From: Zancudomyces culisetae HAW-14-8
Lineage: Eukaryota; Fungi; Kickxellomycota
Assembly: GCA_052426225.1 (NCBI GenBank)
Contig: JBNJNM010000023.1
Span: forward strand, 1,006,475 to 1,070,474
Reading direction: 5' to 3'
DNA: 64,000 nucleotides
Within the stretch, counting starts at the first letter, position 1; each line of letters opens with the position of its first letter. The notes under the pieces are model-generated. The model saw nothing but the letters and a program-made list of their open reading frames with translations. It was not told where the DNA came from and searched no databases. Positions 24,633 through 35,556 of the stretch are shown in pieces. The translations under genes were made by a program, and so were the position numbers.

Positions 24633-26476
24633 GAGGGAGACTGAGGATGTTCCAGGAGGCTTGGATGCGCCTCACAGATCACAAATGGATACTCCAAGTG
24701 ATCTCAGAAGGGTTCAGAATCCCCTTCAAAACGCATCCACCGACGGTCAAGCAGAAAAAACCGTTAGGTTACAACTTGAAAAAGCTTCCAGAAAAAGTGG
24801 TCGAACAGGAGATAGCAAACCTTCTGTCAAAGAAAGCAATAGAGGAAGCTTCATCCGCGCAGCCAGGGTTCTACTCAAATCCGTTTACAATCCCAAAGAA
24901 GAACGGAGGCACGCGGATGGTACTGAATTTAAGACCTTTAAATCAGTACATCCCACAGCGACATTTCAAGATGGAGTCGCTCACAACTATCTCCAGAATG
25001 ATCCGCAAAGGGGATTATATGACCAGCATAGACCTCAGCGATGCATTTCTACACGTATTGATCAACAAAACGTCCAGAAAGTATCTCAGGTTTACATGGG
25101 GCGGTCGCACCTACCAGTACAGGGTGCTCCCATTTGGTCTATCTTTAAGCCCACTAGTATTCACAAAAACACTAAAACCAGTACTGAAATGGGCCAGAGC
25201 TCGCGGGATACGAATGTCGAGCTACTTAGACGATTTGTTAATCTTAGGATCAACAAAAACAGAGTGTCTAAAGTTCACAAACATGGTATCCAAGAAACTG
25301 GTGAAACTGGGATTCCTGATCAACCAGGAAAAGTCATCAATACATCCCAAACAATGTATTACGCATCTTGGGATGGACATCAACAGCCGTCAGATGAGTT
25401 TCAAGATACCCAAACAGAAACTCAAAGATTTAGCGAGAGAGGCATCCAGGTTGATACACAAAGGGCCTACAACACTGAAGGATCTGGCATCATTCATTAG
25501 CAAAACGCAGGCAGTGAATATAGCACTCAGACCAGGACGACTGATGAGCAGGAAGTTGTTAGAGCTCAAAAACAACACTCTGAAACGCACCACGGATTGG
25601 AGATCACCGGTAACATTGAATCAGCCCGCACTGGACAATCTGACGTGGTGGAGGGACCATCTGAAGCAATGGAATGGTCTATGCTTCCTTCCGGAGATCT
25701 CAGAGATAGAAGTATATACGGATGCAAGCGACAATCACTGGGGAATAGTGATAGACAGCAATCAGTATACGGGGACATGGACACGACAACAGATGAAGCT
25801 CCTTATCAATGCGAAGGAATTATTAGCAATCCAGTATGCAGTGAAGCTGCCGCAGGTTCAGGGAAAGAGTATTGTTGTATATTGCGACAACAACACTTCA
25901 ATCAGCTACATCAAGAAGCATGGGGGAACCAAATCAGTGAATCTGATGGACATTTCGGAAGCAATTTGGAAACATTGCATCAGCAATGGCACTCGGGTTC
26001 AGATTCAGTATGTGCCATCAATACTGAATCCAGCGGATGCACCATCACGTTTAACAGCTCAAACAGAGTGGTCACTATCAGACAAGATGTTTTAGAAGAT
26101 ACAGAAACAGTTTGGTCCACACGATGTGGACATGTTTGCCAACAACAACAACCACAAACTACCAACATTTGTGAGTTGGAAATTGACACCAGAAGCAGCG
26201 AAAACGAATGCATTCAATCATCATTGGAGCATTTGGACGAATCCATACCTTTGTTCACCATGGAATCTGATACAGAAAACATTACAGAAGATCAGCCAGG
26301 ACAAAGTATCAGCGACATTGATAACACTGTTTTGGAGGTCAGCACCATGGTATCCAGACCTCAAGAGCATGCTAATAGCTCCACCGATCAAGATATTAGC
26401 TCCACAGATAATTCCGGATCCAAAAAGCGGAAAGCAAGTGACACAGATAAACAAAACATGGTCGCTTACGGCTTGA
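24596..26476 (+). pseudogene. DIRS pol: reverse transcriptase, RNase H and methyltransferase-like domain, with a premature TAG at 26093
   Basis: VGGRL..F...W, IDLSDAF, LPFGL..SP, YLDD, YTDASD, ELLA, DN, NPADAPSR, then DMFA and NPYLCSPW after the stop. The second copy has Gln at this codon. Confidence 0.9.
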
Positions 26477-27470
26477 AAATTAAGCGCGCACGCCTTGAAA
26501 AAACGGGTTTAAAAGATTCAGTTATCACGTTAATGACAACTGGTAAACGAAATATGGCAAAACAAAAACAATATTACAACATCAAGGTAAAGTTTATTAA
26601 GTGGTTAGAGTCTGCAAAACTTGATATTAATAACGTTTCAGTTGTTGATGTTATCAATTTCCTTGATGAACATCGTATTAGTAACAATTTAAAAGTTGGT
26701 ACTATAAAAAACTACAAGTCTGCTATCATCGATATTAATGCTGAATGGCGAACATTTAGCAGCGATATTTTGATGATTGATTATTTAAAACAGCTCGATT
26801 CAACTTCAGTTCGATCTTTTAACAACCCTAACTACGATATTAATCCGATTATCGAACATATTAAAAATTTTGGTTCAAATTTTAAAATGAGCAAGCAAAA
26901 TTTAACAATTAAATTTTGTTGGTTGCTAGCAATTTGTGGATTTTTGAGACCTTCTGACATTGAACGAATCGATGATTCAAAGACGGAAATCAATAAAGAT
27001 TATGTTAAATTTGTTATTGTTGGACCAAAAGAAAAGCGAAGTGGAAATCCGATTGAAAAGGTCAGTATAATCCACACACATAGCGACTATAAATTATGTC
27101 CTGTAGTAACATAGAGCATATAAAAAACGCATTGCAACTTTTCCGAGTGTTGCAAACCATCCGATCCTCGATGGAGTACAATTGCACTACCTTATCCGCA
27201 ACTTAAAGTATAACGACAAACACATTGGGGCACAACGAATCAGTAAACATATTAATTCATTGATGTCACTCTTGCAGTTGCCAGAAAGCGCAAAGTTACC
27301 AAAAGCTCGAGCATTAGGATCTACTAGAGCTACAAAGCTAGGTGCGACATACGACGATGTTATTGCACAAGGATTTTGGGCAAGTAAAGGTATATTTGAT
27401 ACTTATTATCAATTATCACGTAAACTCGTGAAAATTTAACTCAATCTATCTTGAACTCTGAAGCTACATA
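25597..27470 (+). pseudogene. DIRS tyrosine recombinase (overlaps pol); TAG at 27112 and a probable frameshift near the end
   Basis: WLLAICGFLRPSDIER, PKEKR, LCPV, RALGST, GFWAS..FDTYY. Confidence 0.85.
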
Positions 27471-28093
27471 ATTGTATCTGGATAAGTGAAGCATAATAAT
27501 ATGTTTAGTTGAATGAAATGAAAACTTATTATTATTATGCGAACATCCAGATACAATTATGTCCCACCCAATTCCCACCCATACCTAGCTCAACGATGGT
27601 AAAGATTCATCAGGAAACAGGGGACATCAGTTTATATATGGTTTAAATTTATTTTATTTAGTTAGTTTTACTTATTTTATAAAAATTATACAGTGATGTC
27701 TGTCATTACACACATCATTACGTATAAAGTTTCTAAATTTAAACACTCTTTTTATCGATTTAATTTTTTACCAAATTTTAAGGTAATGGATTAATCGATA
27801 AAAATAGTATCTAGGAAAGAATTTTCGATTTATAATAAAGATTGGTACACACATAATTTTATCTGGATGTTCGCATAATAATAATAAGTTTTCATTTCAT
27901 TCAACTAAACATATTATAATAATCACTAGAAATACAATTGGCTAATAATTCAGAAAGGTGATCTCACTACCTTACTTTATTGATTTTTTATTAAAAAACT
28001 TTTTACTTCAGCCAACTAAACACATTATCTATCATACTAAAATATCTCTTATCTAAAATAAAACAATTAACTAAAACGGTTATGCTTGACCTT

Positions 28094-28537
28094 TTAATGA
28101 AATGGAGCAATCCAAACGTAAGATACTGCCGGACGACCTTGTAGTTCTTTAAATAAATTTATAACTCGGCCTGCTTTACCCACTTTCTCATCGATACATT
28201 TACCCGCACAAAAATAATCACTACAGTACTTCATGAATCCTCTTTTTTCATTGATGCCATCCATTCTTACAGAACGAAACCCAGGTCCATTGTAGCATTT
28301 GTTTGGTATGGCATAGAGAGTGTCTTTAGGATAGTCAAAGTTACTGGAGTTAGATGGTTCAAGTTTCAACATTCTGGGTATGTGTTCGTGGCTGCATTCA
28401 CAGTGCATGTTGTTAAACTTGGCTTTTGGAAAACCATTTTCATCAGATGCAAGATTATATTGGTTTTGAGTATTTTCAATACTGTAAGCAAGAGCCGAGC
28501 CAAGTACTAAGATACTGAGGATTGTTGGTTTAAACAT
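28094..28537 (-). CDS. Small secreted family member B
   Basis: Leader MFKPTILSILVLGSALA. Motif PNKCYN...SV.M.G.NE.RG...C..Y.C.G.C...AVSY.WI.P; closest to member C. Confidence 0.8.
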   Translation of the reverse strand: MFKPTILSILVLGSALAYSIENTQNQYNLASDENGFPKAKFNNMHCECSHEHIPRMLKLEPSNSSNFDYPKDTLYAIPNKCYNGPGFRSVRMDGINEKRGFMKYCSDYFCAGKCIDEKVGKAGRVINLFKELQGRPAVSYVWIAPFH

Positions 28538-29178
28538 TTTTATTCTCAAGTGATTGTTTTTTACTATTATAGTTTGGATTATAGAGTTTATAGTGAAATA
28601 GTTGTAGGTTTCTATATATTTAGAAGTTAATAGGCTTTTTATACTTTTTTTTGTAATCGAAAGGTATGTTTTGAGATTATTTTATAAAGATGCGAATATC
28701 TCCAGTATTCTAGAGTTAGTTTTTATATGACCATTTTTAAATTATCTAAAGCTAATATTTTATTAAAGCGGGGATAAAATAATATCAACTAGATCCAGAC
28801 TAATACTCAGAATAAACAGTTTTAAATTTTAATAACTAAAATAGGATTGTAAAGAAAATAAATAATATATTACTCTAGATTTATTGATATAGGATTAAAT
28901 CCCAAGTTTGTAAGCAAAATATTGATAATTATTCATTTTTTTTACCACAAATGGTTTTAAGTTTAAAAAATATTACTTTTTGTTTATTCTACGCGTTATG
29001 CTTCTAGACTTTAATAACAAAGACAAAATTCTCTTTTTAGATTATAGTATAAATTAAATCATTGGGTGAAATGAATTCTCAATCAATTTCATAAAACCAA
29101 AATATTTATCACAAACTGGAAATTCCCAATTTTCTACAAATTATGTTTAAATTTGAAAAAATATATTACTTAGGTTAA

Positions 29179-29397
29179 AAAATAATATTCAGGAAGAGAA
29201 ATTCCAGATATTCGCAATTTCTTAATCCCACGGATAGGTCAGGAGGAATGTTGGTATGCAGAGAAAACGACTGTAGAGGTGTGTGTACAGTAAATACCAG
29301 GTTTTTACAAACTGGTATGTGGGATTTCCCAGAAGATCTCAAGTCTGGTCCACTTTCAATTAAATGGGTGTCAATGGGTACTGCCCCCAACGAATAA
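29179..29397 (+). pseudogene. 5'-truncated copy of the small secreted family (D-like copy G)
   Basis: QFLNPTDRSGGMLVCRENDCRGVCTVNTRFLQTGMWDFPEDLKSGPLSIKWVSMGTAPNE* aligns with the C-terminal half of D. In-frame TAA at 29176 and no leader. Confidence 0.75.
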
Positions 29398-29999
29398 TCT
29401 TTAATACTCCTTTATAAGAAACAATAAATCACTTTAGAGTCAAGTTTAGTGAATGAAAATATTATTTTTCTAGCCTTAGAAAGCTAAGATTAATTAAAGT
29501 ATTAATCTTTGCATAAATAAATTACAATATTCTACTTTAAAACTAGGCCAAAATGATCCACAAACATTAGTATTTACATATATTTTAGTTGATAGTATAA
29601 TTTAATGTCACAACAAGTACACAAACATTAAAAAGATAGTAGGTAAAAAATTTCTTAAAACATAACATGAAAAGTCTGTTTCCACAAGTCTAGAGACAGC
29701 ATACTCACTGGTAATTGATCAGATGATGTATTTTCTGCCTTAGGTAGATCAAAGGCGATTACCTTAATAAACTATGTGTACTTTACCAATGGTAATATTA
29801 CTAATTTAGTTAACGGAATAAATTAGATACTGGTAATTTAATTGCTATTTTTCTAATTCAGAATTTGTATTCGATTCATGCAGCAATTTATGTATCTTCA
29901 TGTATGTTGTATTATACAATTTATTTAAATAATATATAAAGACCGTTAGAATTAGTTAAAGTAACGACTAAAACCAATAAAGTTTTAAAGAATGGCAAG

Positions 30000-30422
30000 T
30001 TAGTAGTAGTATCCACCGTAGTATGGGTAGCTGTAACCGTAACCGTAACCGTAACCGTAGCCATACGATGGATATCCGTAGTATCCGCCATAGTATGGGT
30101 ATCCATAATTTCCATACCACCAACGGTCATCAGTTCCATTTCCTGCATCACCACCTTCTGCTGAAGGATCAACAGTTTGAGCAGAATCGTCGTCAGCTGG
30201 TGCAACTTCCTCCTCCTCGTCAGCACGCTTGCGGTAGGCTGGTGTAGCAAAGCGGTTGTTAAAAGCAGGGCGAGATGGTGGAGCATATCTTCCAAAGTCC
30301 TGAACCTGTTCCATTAGTGATTGCATAGGTCCGACATTTGCTCTTGGTCTTGAGGCGGATGCAGCATTTACTGATACTGTGGCAACTGCGGCTGTGAAGA
30401 GTGCGAGTGTTGGCTTTACCAT
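30000..30422 (-). CDS. Secreted precursor with a C-terminal Trp/Tyr/Gly peptide (YG-2)
   Basis: Paralogue of 21243-21701. Nearly identical QVQDFGRYAPPSRPAFN.RFATPAYRKRADEEE and GNGTDDRWW. The 40-aa tail has 20 Tyr. Confidence 0.85.
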   Translation of the reverse strand: MVKPTLALFTAAVATVSVNAASASRPRANVGPMQSLMEQVQDFGRYAPPSRPAFNNRFATPAYRKRADEEEEVAPADDDSAQTVDPSAEGGDAGNGTDDRWWYGNYGYPYYGGYYGYPSYGYGYGYGYGYSYPYYGGYYY

Positions 30423-31695
30423 TTTTGATATTTAGTTTAATATGAGCGTTGTGTGTAGCTGATTGCCAATGCAGTATTTTAATACAAATGATTGTGATTA
30501 TGCTTTAAATTGATACTTGAAGAATCTTCAACCGTTGATGATTTTTTATTTTGACAGTGATACCTTGACCCATTTTATACTTTTATTTTTTTTTGTTTGT
30601 AATCTACTTTACTCTTTAATCGCAATTCACGGGTATCCTATATCATCTTTAAAGAGATAGTGGAAGATTCTAATTTTAGAACGATATAAATGAGTATTCT
30701 TTGCTCTAACTTTAGTATATTTAGGTTATAATAATAAACGATATAATTAACAGTTAGTAATAATTGTACTATTATTAACCTAAATATGGTATATCGGATT
30801 TTTCTAAATACACTTACTTAGATACCAGCGTTGTAGTACTAGCAAATAAAAGTTAAAGATTGTTGCGCTTAGTCTTATTTCATTGGTAGATTGATTGGCT
30901 TATAGTGTTACCTAATACTACGTAAATAATATAGATTTTAGATTTTGTATCTAATTCGTTTAAAATATCTTTCCTTAATAAGAAATAAATAAAGTAATTA
31001 AAACGAGAGTAAAGTACCTCATTGATGGTATCGGTATTTTCAAAAAAACTCTGATTTAGATAATAGTGTCATTTCTAAAAATAATATTGATATTTATAAT
31101 GTTCTCTTAAAAGGAAAAACATAAACTAATATTGGGGGTGCACCTGGAAAAGAGGTAAAATAGACAAAACTACCCGGTCCTGTAAACATTCCAATTCAAC
31201 TAGCCATTATTTCCATTTTTTTCGACAAGGATTAGTCACTACTTGTATACACATACCCATTGTGTTTGTAATGTAGAATAAAATAAACGCCTATTTTGTA
31301 TAATGTATTATTAAACCACGAAGCAACTACTATGAAACTCTCTAGCACAATGAACTTTATTTTTATGTTCATGTAGTTATTTTGGTCCCGTAGGTGTTAC
31401 TAATAGCAAAAATATATTATACAAGGGTTTACTGATTGAGTCTATTTATAGATTGATAACTACTTTAGAATATTAGTAGCTATGTTGATCCGATGTATTA
31501 TTCTATTCAGTATTGTATATAATAGAATAATGATTCTTGTATTATTCTTATCAGTTTGCTTTTTTTGTATAAATGTTCCAGCTTTTTCTTTTTTAAAGAA
31601 CCAAAATACATTGAAACCTTTACCGATGTTAAAAGATATAGATCGTTTAACTATTTTAAAATATCTTTGATTATAGACTCTAAACTCATTCAACC

Positions 31696-32235
31696 ATGTT
31701 TAAAAAGCTATTGATTTTGGTTGCGTTATTGCAATTCTGCCTAGCATCCTCAGATTTTCAGAAAGACCTAGCATGTAAGGTTACAGTCACCAACGCATAC
31801 CCTTGTACGGAACATACATATTGGAGAGATCTGAGCGGTGAAATACCTATGAATGCGGGAGACTGGTTCAAGTACTGGTCCTTCTCATACAAGGACTTTG
31901 ACAGAAATCAAATAAAATACTCAGGACACGATTTGCCTAATAGTGTAATCAGTCAGTATATTGGCTTTAATGTTGATTCAAATCTGAGAACAGGCGAATC
32001 TATATGTACTTGGGTCAAGGCTGGTGTTACAGTAAAAGTTTTGGCTAGAACCTATATGAGATGTGTTGAACTCGATACTGTGAGTGACTGCAACGGAATG
32101 CAAACACGCTTGAGAACCAAAATCTGTGTAGACCAAAAATGGGATGCACTTGCATATGAAAGATACTGCCATTGGAACAATTGTGGATTAGGGTGGGATG
32201 GACCTTTCTCAAAAGAAAAATCAGTGTTCTGTTGA
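31696..32235 (+). CDS. Secreted Cys-rich protein of unknown function (179 aa)
   Basis: Leader MFKKLLILVALLQFCLA, 9 further Cys, and coding-like composition against AT-rich flanks. Confidence 0.78.
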   Translation: MFKKLLILVALLQFCLASSDFQKDLACKVTVTNAYPCTEHTYWRDLSGEIPMNAGDWFKYWSFSYKDFDRNQIKYSGHDLPNSVISQYIGFNVDSNLRTGESICTWVKAGVTVKVLARTYMRCVELDTVSDCNGMQTRLRTKICVDQKWDALAYERYCHWNNCGLGWDGPFSKEKSVFC

Positions 32236-32639
32236 TTTTTTGAAACTGATTAGTACAACTGCTGGTATAACTAATATAGAAATAATACAAATTAACATTT
32301 TCTATATATAAACAATTTCATTTTTTTTGTCTGTCGTGTGTGTTTTGGTGTAGATCGGGATTCAATGATTTCAAATAATATTTTATTATCTACATAAACA
32401 ATAACTATTATTATTTACATTGTAATCACTACTACAACTACAATTATTAATTCAATCAAAAAAATTCAAACAATAATATAAAAATTATAAAGTGAAATAT
32501 GAAAAATACAACTAAAAAGATTATTAGTAAAAATCAACCACAGAGATAAAAACAAACTGAATATGATAACGAATGTAAGAACATAACTAAAAGTAAAAAA
32601 ACAGTAAAACAAGAATGAAACATAGGTTAATTATATATA

Positions 32640-33150
32640 GCTATTAGTTGTTTTATTGAAATACTATATATAAACAAAAGTAGACTCATTAAAGATTTCT
32701 TAGCTCTTATAACAGTTTTAAAAAGATAGAATATTAGGATAAATAAATAGTAATTGTGAACACAAGTTTATTAGGATTAGTGCTACGGCTAATCATAAAT
32801 ACTAGTTTAAAAAAAAACAAGAATAGCTATTAAAATCTCACAACTAACACATGTCAGGCTTCATGAGTAAATTTAGACCCAGATGGATCCAGTCAGAAAG
32901 AGATGAGGGCAGATACTCATCTGATAGTGACCGTTCGGGAGCCACTTCCATAGAAGTGGCTCCCGAAATATCACGTGTCCCATTTGCTGAATTATGGATC
33001 ATGTATTTTTGCAACTAAAGAACCCGTCAAAGGATGAGGCTGTCCCCAACCTCACCCGACAGAACAGAAACTTAATATTATTATGCGAGCGTCAATATAT
33101 AATGGAGTCACACCCAATATTCTACACAGCTAGCACAAATGATTGGCATT
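32640..33150 (+). repeat. Dispersed repeat copy 1 (short ORF-like core MSG...DEGRYSSDSDRSGATS); probably a non-autonomous element relic
   Basis: Homologous to 40318-40545 and 48995-49470. Followed by a DIRS ICR-like sequence (attattatgcg...cacccaat...ctagc). Confidence 0.6.
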
Positions 33151-33557
33151 CAGATTATTAGACAGACGACACCACATTGAATTGGTTAGTTTATTTATAA
33201 AGATTTATAACAAATGTTAACCATTATTTACACATCTATGTAAAGAGCACTAAATATTTACTTTCTATATCGAAGAAAAATATACCTGACTTCATGATAT
33301 CAAATATCTCAACTAAAACGGTAATCAATAACCACATCTGATTAATATTGGGGAGTAGTTCATAAACTAATTGTATCTAGAATAGCGAAGCAAAATACTA
33401 CAATACTCAAAAGTGTAAAAAATTATTATGGTTGGAGGTACATCCCTTTGTTTGTGAAAATTATAAAAAGAGAACTTTTTTTCAAGTCGGAAGAAGGTAA
33501 ATCAAAACCGAATTATAATCAACAATTCATAATAGCATCGAAAAAAAAAAAGCCAAA

Positions 33558-34010
33558 ATGATCAAGTCAGTAATTCTCAATATATTCAGCATTGGTATAC
33601 TTTATTTAGCTTTGCCGCAAAGTGCAAATAACCACACCTTACAAACAGCCTATGAGGATCAAATTTTACAAACCAATCTTGTCAAAAAAAACTTTAGGCG
33701 TGATAATATGGCAGTTCAGTTATTTGTTGGTGGTGGTTTCAAAGCCCTAAAAGGTACCTTTAATGTCAAACCAAACACATGCTACAATGAGAGTAATTTT
33801 TCATCTGTTAAAATGGTTGGTGTGAATGAAAATAGAGGTGCCTTTATGGTCTGTAGAGAATATAACTGTAGTGGCAGCTGTTATGTTCATATTATGAGTA
33901 GTGGAAATGAGATTTATGATTCGTGGTTTTATACTGGTCAAGTCTATGCGGTATCTTATTTTTGGATTACTCCGTACAATAATGCGATTCAAACCTACAA
34001 ATGGATTTGA
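33558..34010 (+). CDS. Small secreted family member C
   Basis: Hydrophobic leader and an RR site. PNTCYN..SSVKMVGVNENRGAFMVCREYNCSGSC..AVSYFWITP. TATAAAA at 33462. Confidence 0.8.
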   Translation: MIKSVILNIFSIGILYLALPQSANNHTLQTAYEDQILQTNLVKKNFRRDNMAVQLFVGGGFKALKGTFNVKPNTCYNESNFSSVKMVGVNENRGAFMVCREYNCSGSCYVHIMSSGNEIYDSWFYTGQVYAVSYFWITPYNNAIQTYKWI

Positions 34011-34474
34011 TTTCATTTCCCAACTTGATCATAATTTAAACATACTTAAAGGTTAAAGATTTAAAGCAGATTTAGGAAACTTTTATTGTTATTTTTAAAC
34101 TTTTTTATGAATAAACATACCAAACATATAGTATAAATAAATAGATTATGTGTGAAAAGAGATAAATTGACTTTACACCAAATTCTTTTGTCAAATTTCG
34201 TCAAAATTTCTTATTAATAATATAATGAAAGTGTAACAAAATGTATGTCAGTCTTCAGTTTATATATTTTACAAAATGCCAGATTTTATAAACGCTAGTA
34301 ATTAGCTTATTATCGGTATAAAGATGTGAAAACCAAAAATTATCTATTAAATAAAAAAAAGCTATAAAAACTGAAACGATAAAGAAAAGGCCCGAAATCA
34401 GGCTAATTAAACGCATAAAGTTGAGGGTTAATACTAAACGACTTGGCCGAGAATAAAAATTCTAGATTAATAGT

Positions 34475-34890
34475 CTAATATGTTTAGTTTGAAATGAAAA
34501 TTATATTTATTTTGCGAATATCCAGATAAGATTATGTTTCACCCAGTTCTGCCCAATCTAGCACACAAATAAATGTAAGGAATCAAGAAAGTAGAAAAAT
34601 AATCGGTAATATACTTTTACTTTCACTTTTGTTTTTATTAATAAAAACCATTTACATACTTTTAACCCTTCATTTTCAAAAATAATTTTATTATCGTGTT
34701 AGAAATTACTAAATAAATTTAGTGATCACAGTCAGATACTAAATCGCTAACACTTGGAAATTTTTTCGAGTCAAAATATTTATGATCTAGGAAAGATTTC
34801 AAAATTATATAAAGATTAAGTAAACATAATTATATCTGGTGTTTTGTTTAATAATAATAAGTTTTCAATGCATTCAACTAAATATATTAG
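34475..34890 (+). mobile_element. Solo DIRS end (ICR plus right ITR), degenerate
   Basis: Begins ctaatatgtttagtt..gaaatgaaaa..tgcgaatatccagata and ends tcaactaaatatattag. Colinear with 27497-27916. Confidence 0.75.
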
Positions 34891-35196
34891 AATAACCTCT
34901 TTGAACAAACTACCAGTAGGTATAGAATCTTTGAGAAAGTCGAGTAAGAAATGCTTAGTAGATATTATTTGGAGTTTTTTACCTACTAATCTTTGGATAT
35001 TTAGTATATTTGTGACAAGATAAAATTTTTTACTCAAATTAAAATATATCTTTGTGTGTTTGTGTCACTTTGTTAACTATATTAAAGTTAATATGCTAAT
35101 CATTTTGATAATAGAATTGTAACTTTATTCAAGTATACGTTCAAATTAAATAAAAACAAATTTACTACCAACTAAACTATGCTCTAAAGTAACAAT

Positions 35197-35556
35197 TTAT
35201 TCGTTGGCGGCAAGACCGAATGCTATCCATTTCATAGAAAGAACGTTTGTACCGATATCAAGATAGAAGTCCCAATTACCTGTTCTTATAAAATCGGTGT
35301 TTGCCGTACATACACCCTGACAATTTCTTTCCCTACACATTATAAGTGCTCCTGATCTATCAGTGGGGTTAAGGTATTGCCCCGATCTGCCAGGGTTAAT
35401 GTTATAACATTGATTTTTTACCATCTGGAGCTCATCCACGACAGCACCAGAAAATCGATATCCTGAAAATATTTTGGCATGCAGGGTTTGAAATTTAGCA
35501 TTTACTGGAAACGTAGAAACTACGGCCGCGAGAAGTGCTAGTGTTGACTTTACCAT
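35197..35556 (-). CDS. Small secreted family member D, carrying a YG-family signal peptide and upstream region
   Basis: Leader MVKSTLALLAAVVSTFPVNA joined directly to the domain F....F.G..NQCYN..S..GALIMCRERNCQGVC..SMKW. Confidence 0.8.
   Translation of the reverse strand: MVKSTLALLAAVVSTFPVNAKFQTLHAKIFSGYRFSGAVVDELQMVKNQCYNINPGRSGQYLNPTDRSGALIMCRERNCQGVCTANTDFIRTGNWDFYLDIGTNVLSMKWIAFGLAANE

Larger units (their letters stand above)
23352..27916 (+). mobile_element. Full-length DIRS-type tyrosine-recombinase retrotransposon, recently inactivated
   Basis: Near-identical 322-bp inverted terminal repeats (23352-23673 and 27595-27916; I saw one mismatch). Internal complementary region at about 27466-27562. 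Contains gag, RT/RNase H/MT and YR ORFs. No TSD. Confidence 0.93.

Noticed and set aside
25498-27114. Three in-frame TAG codons in DIRS-1 as stop-codon reassignment or readthrough
   Set aside because: Several ORFs in the window end in TAG (e.g. 19290, 47071), and copy 2 has sense codons at the two sites I could compare. These are ordinary nonsense mutations.
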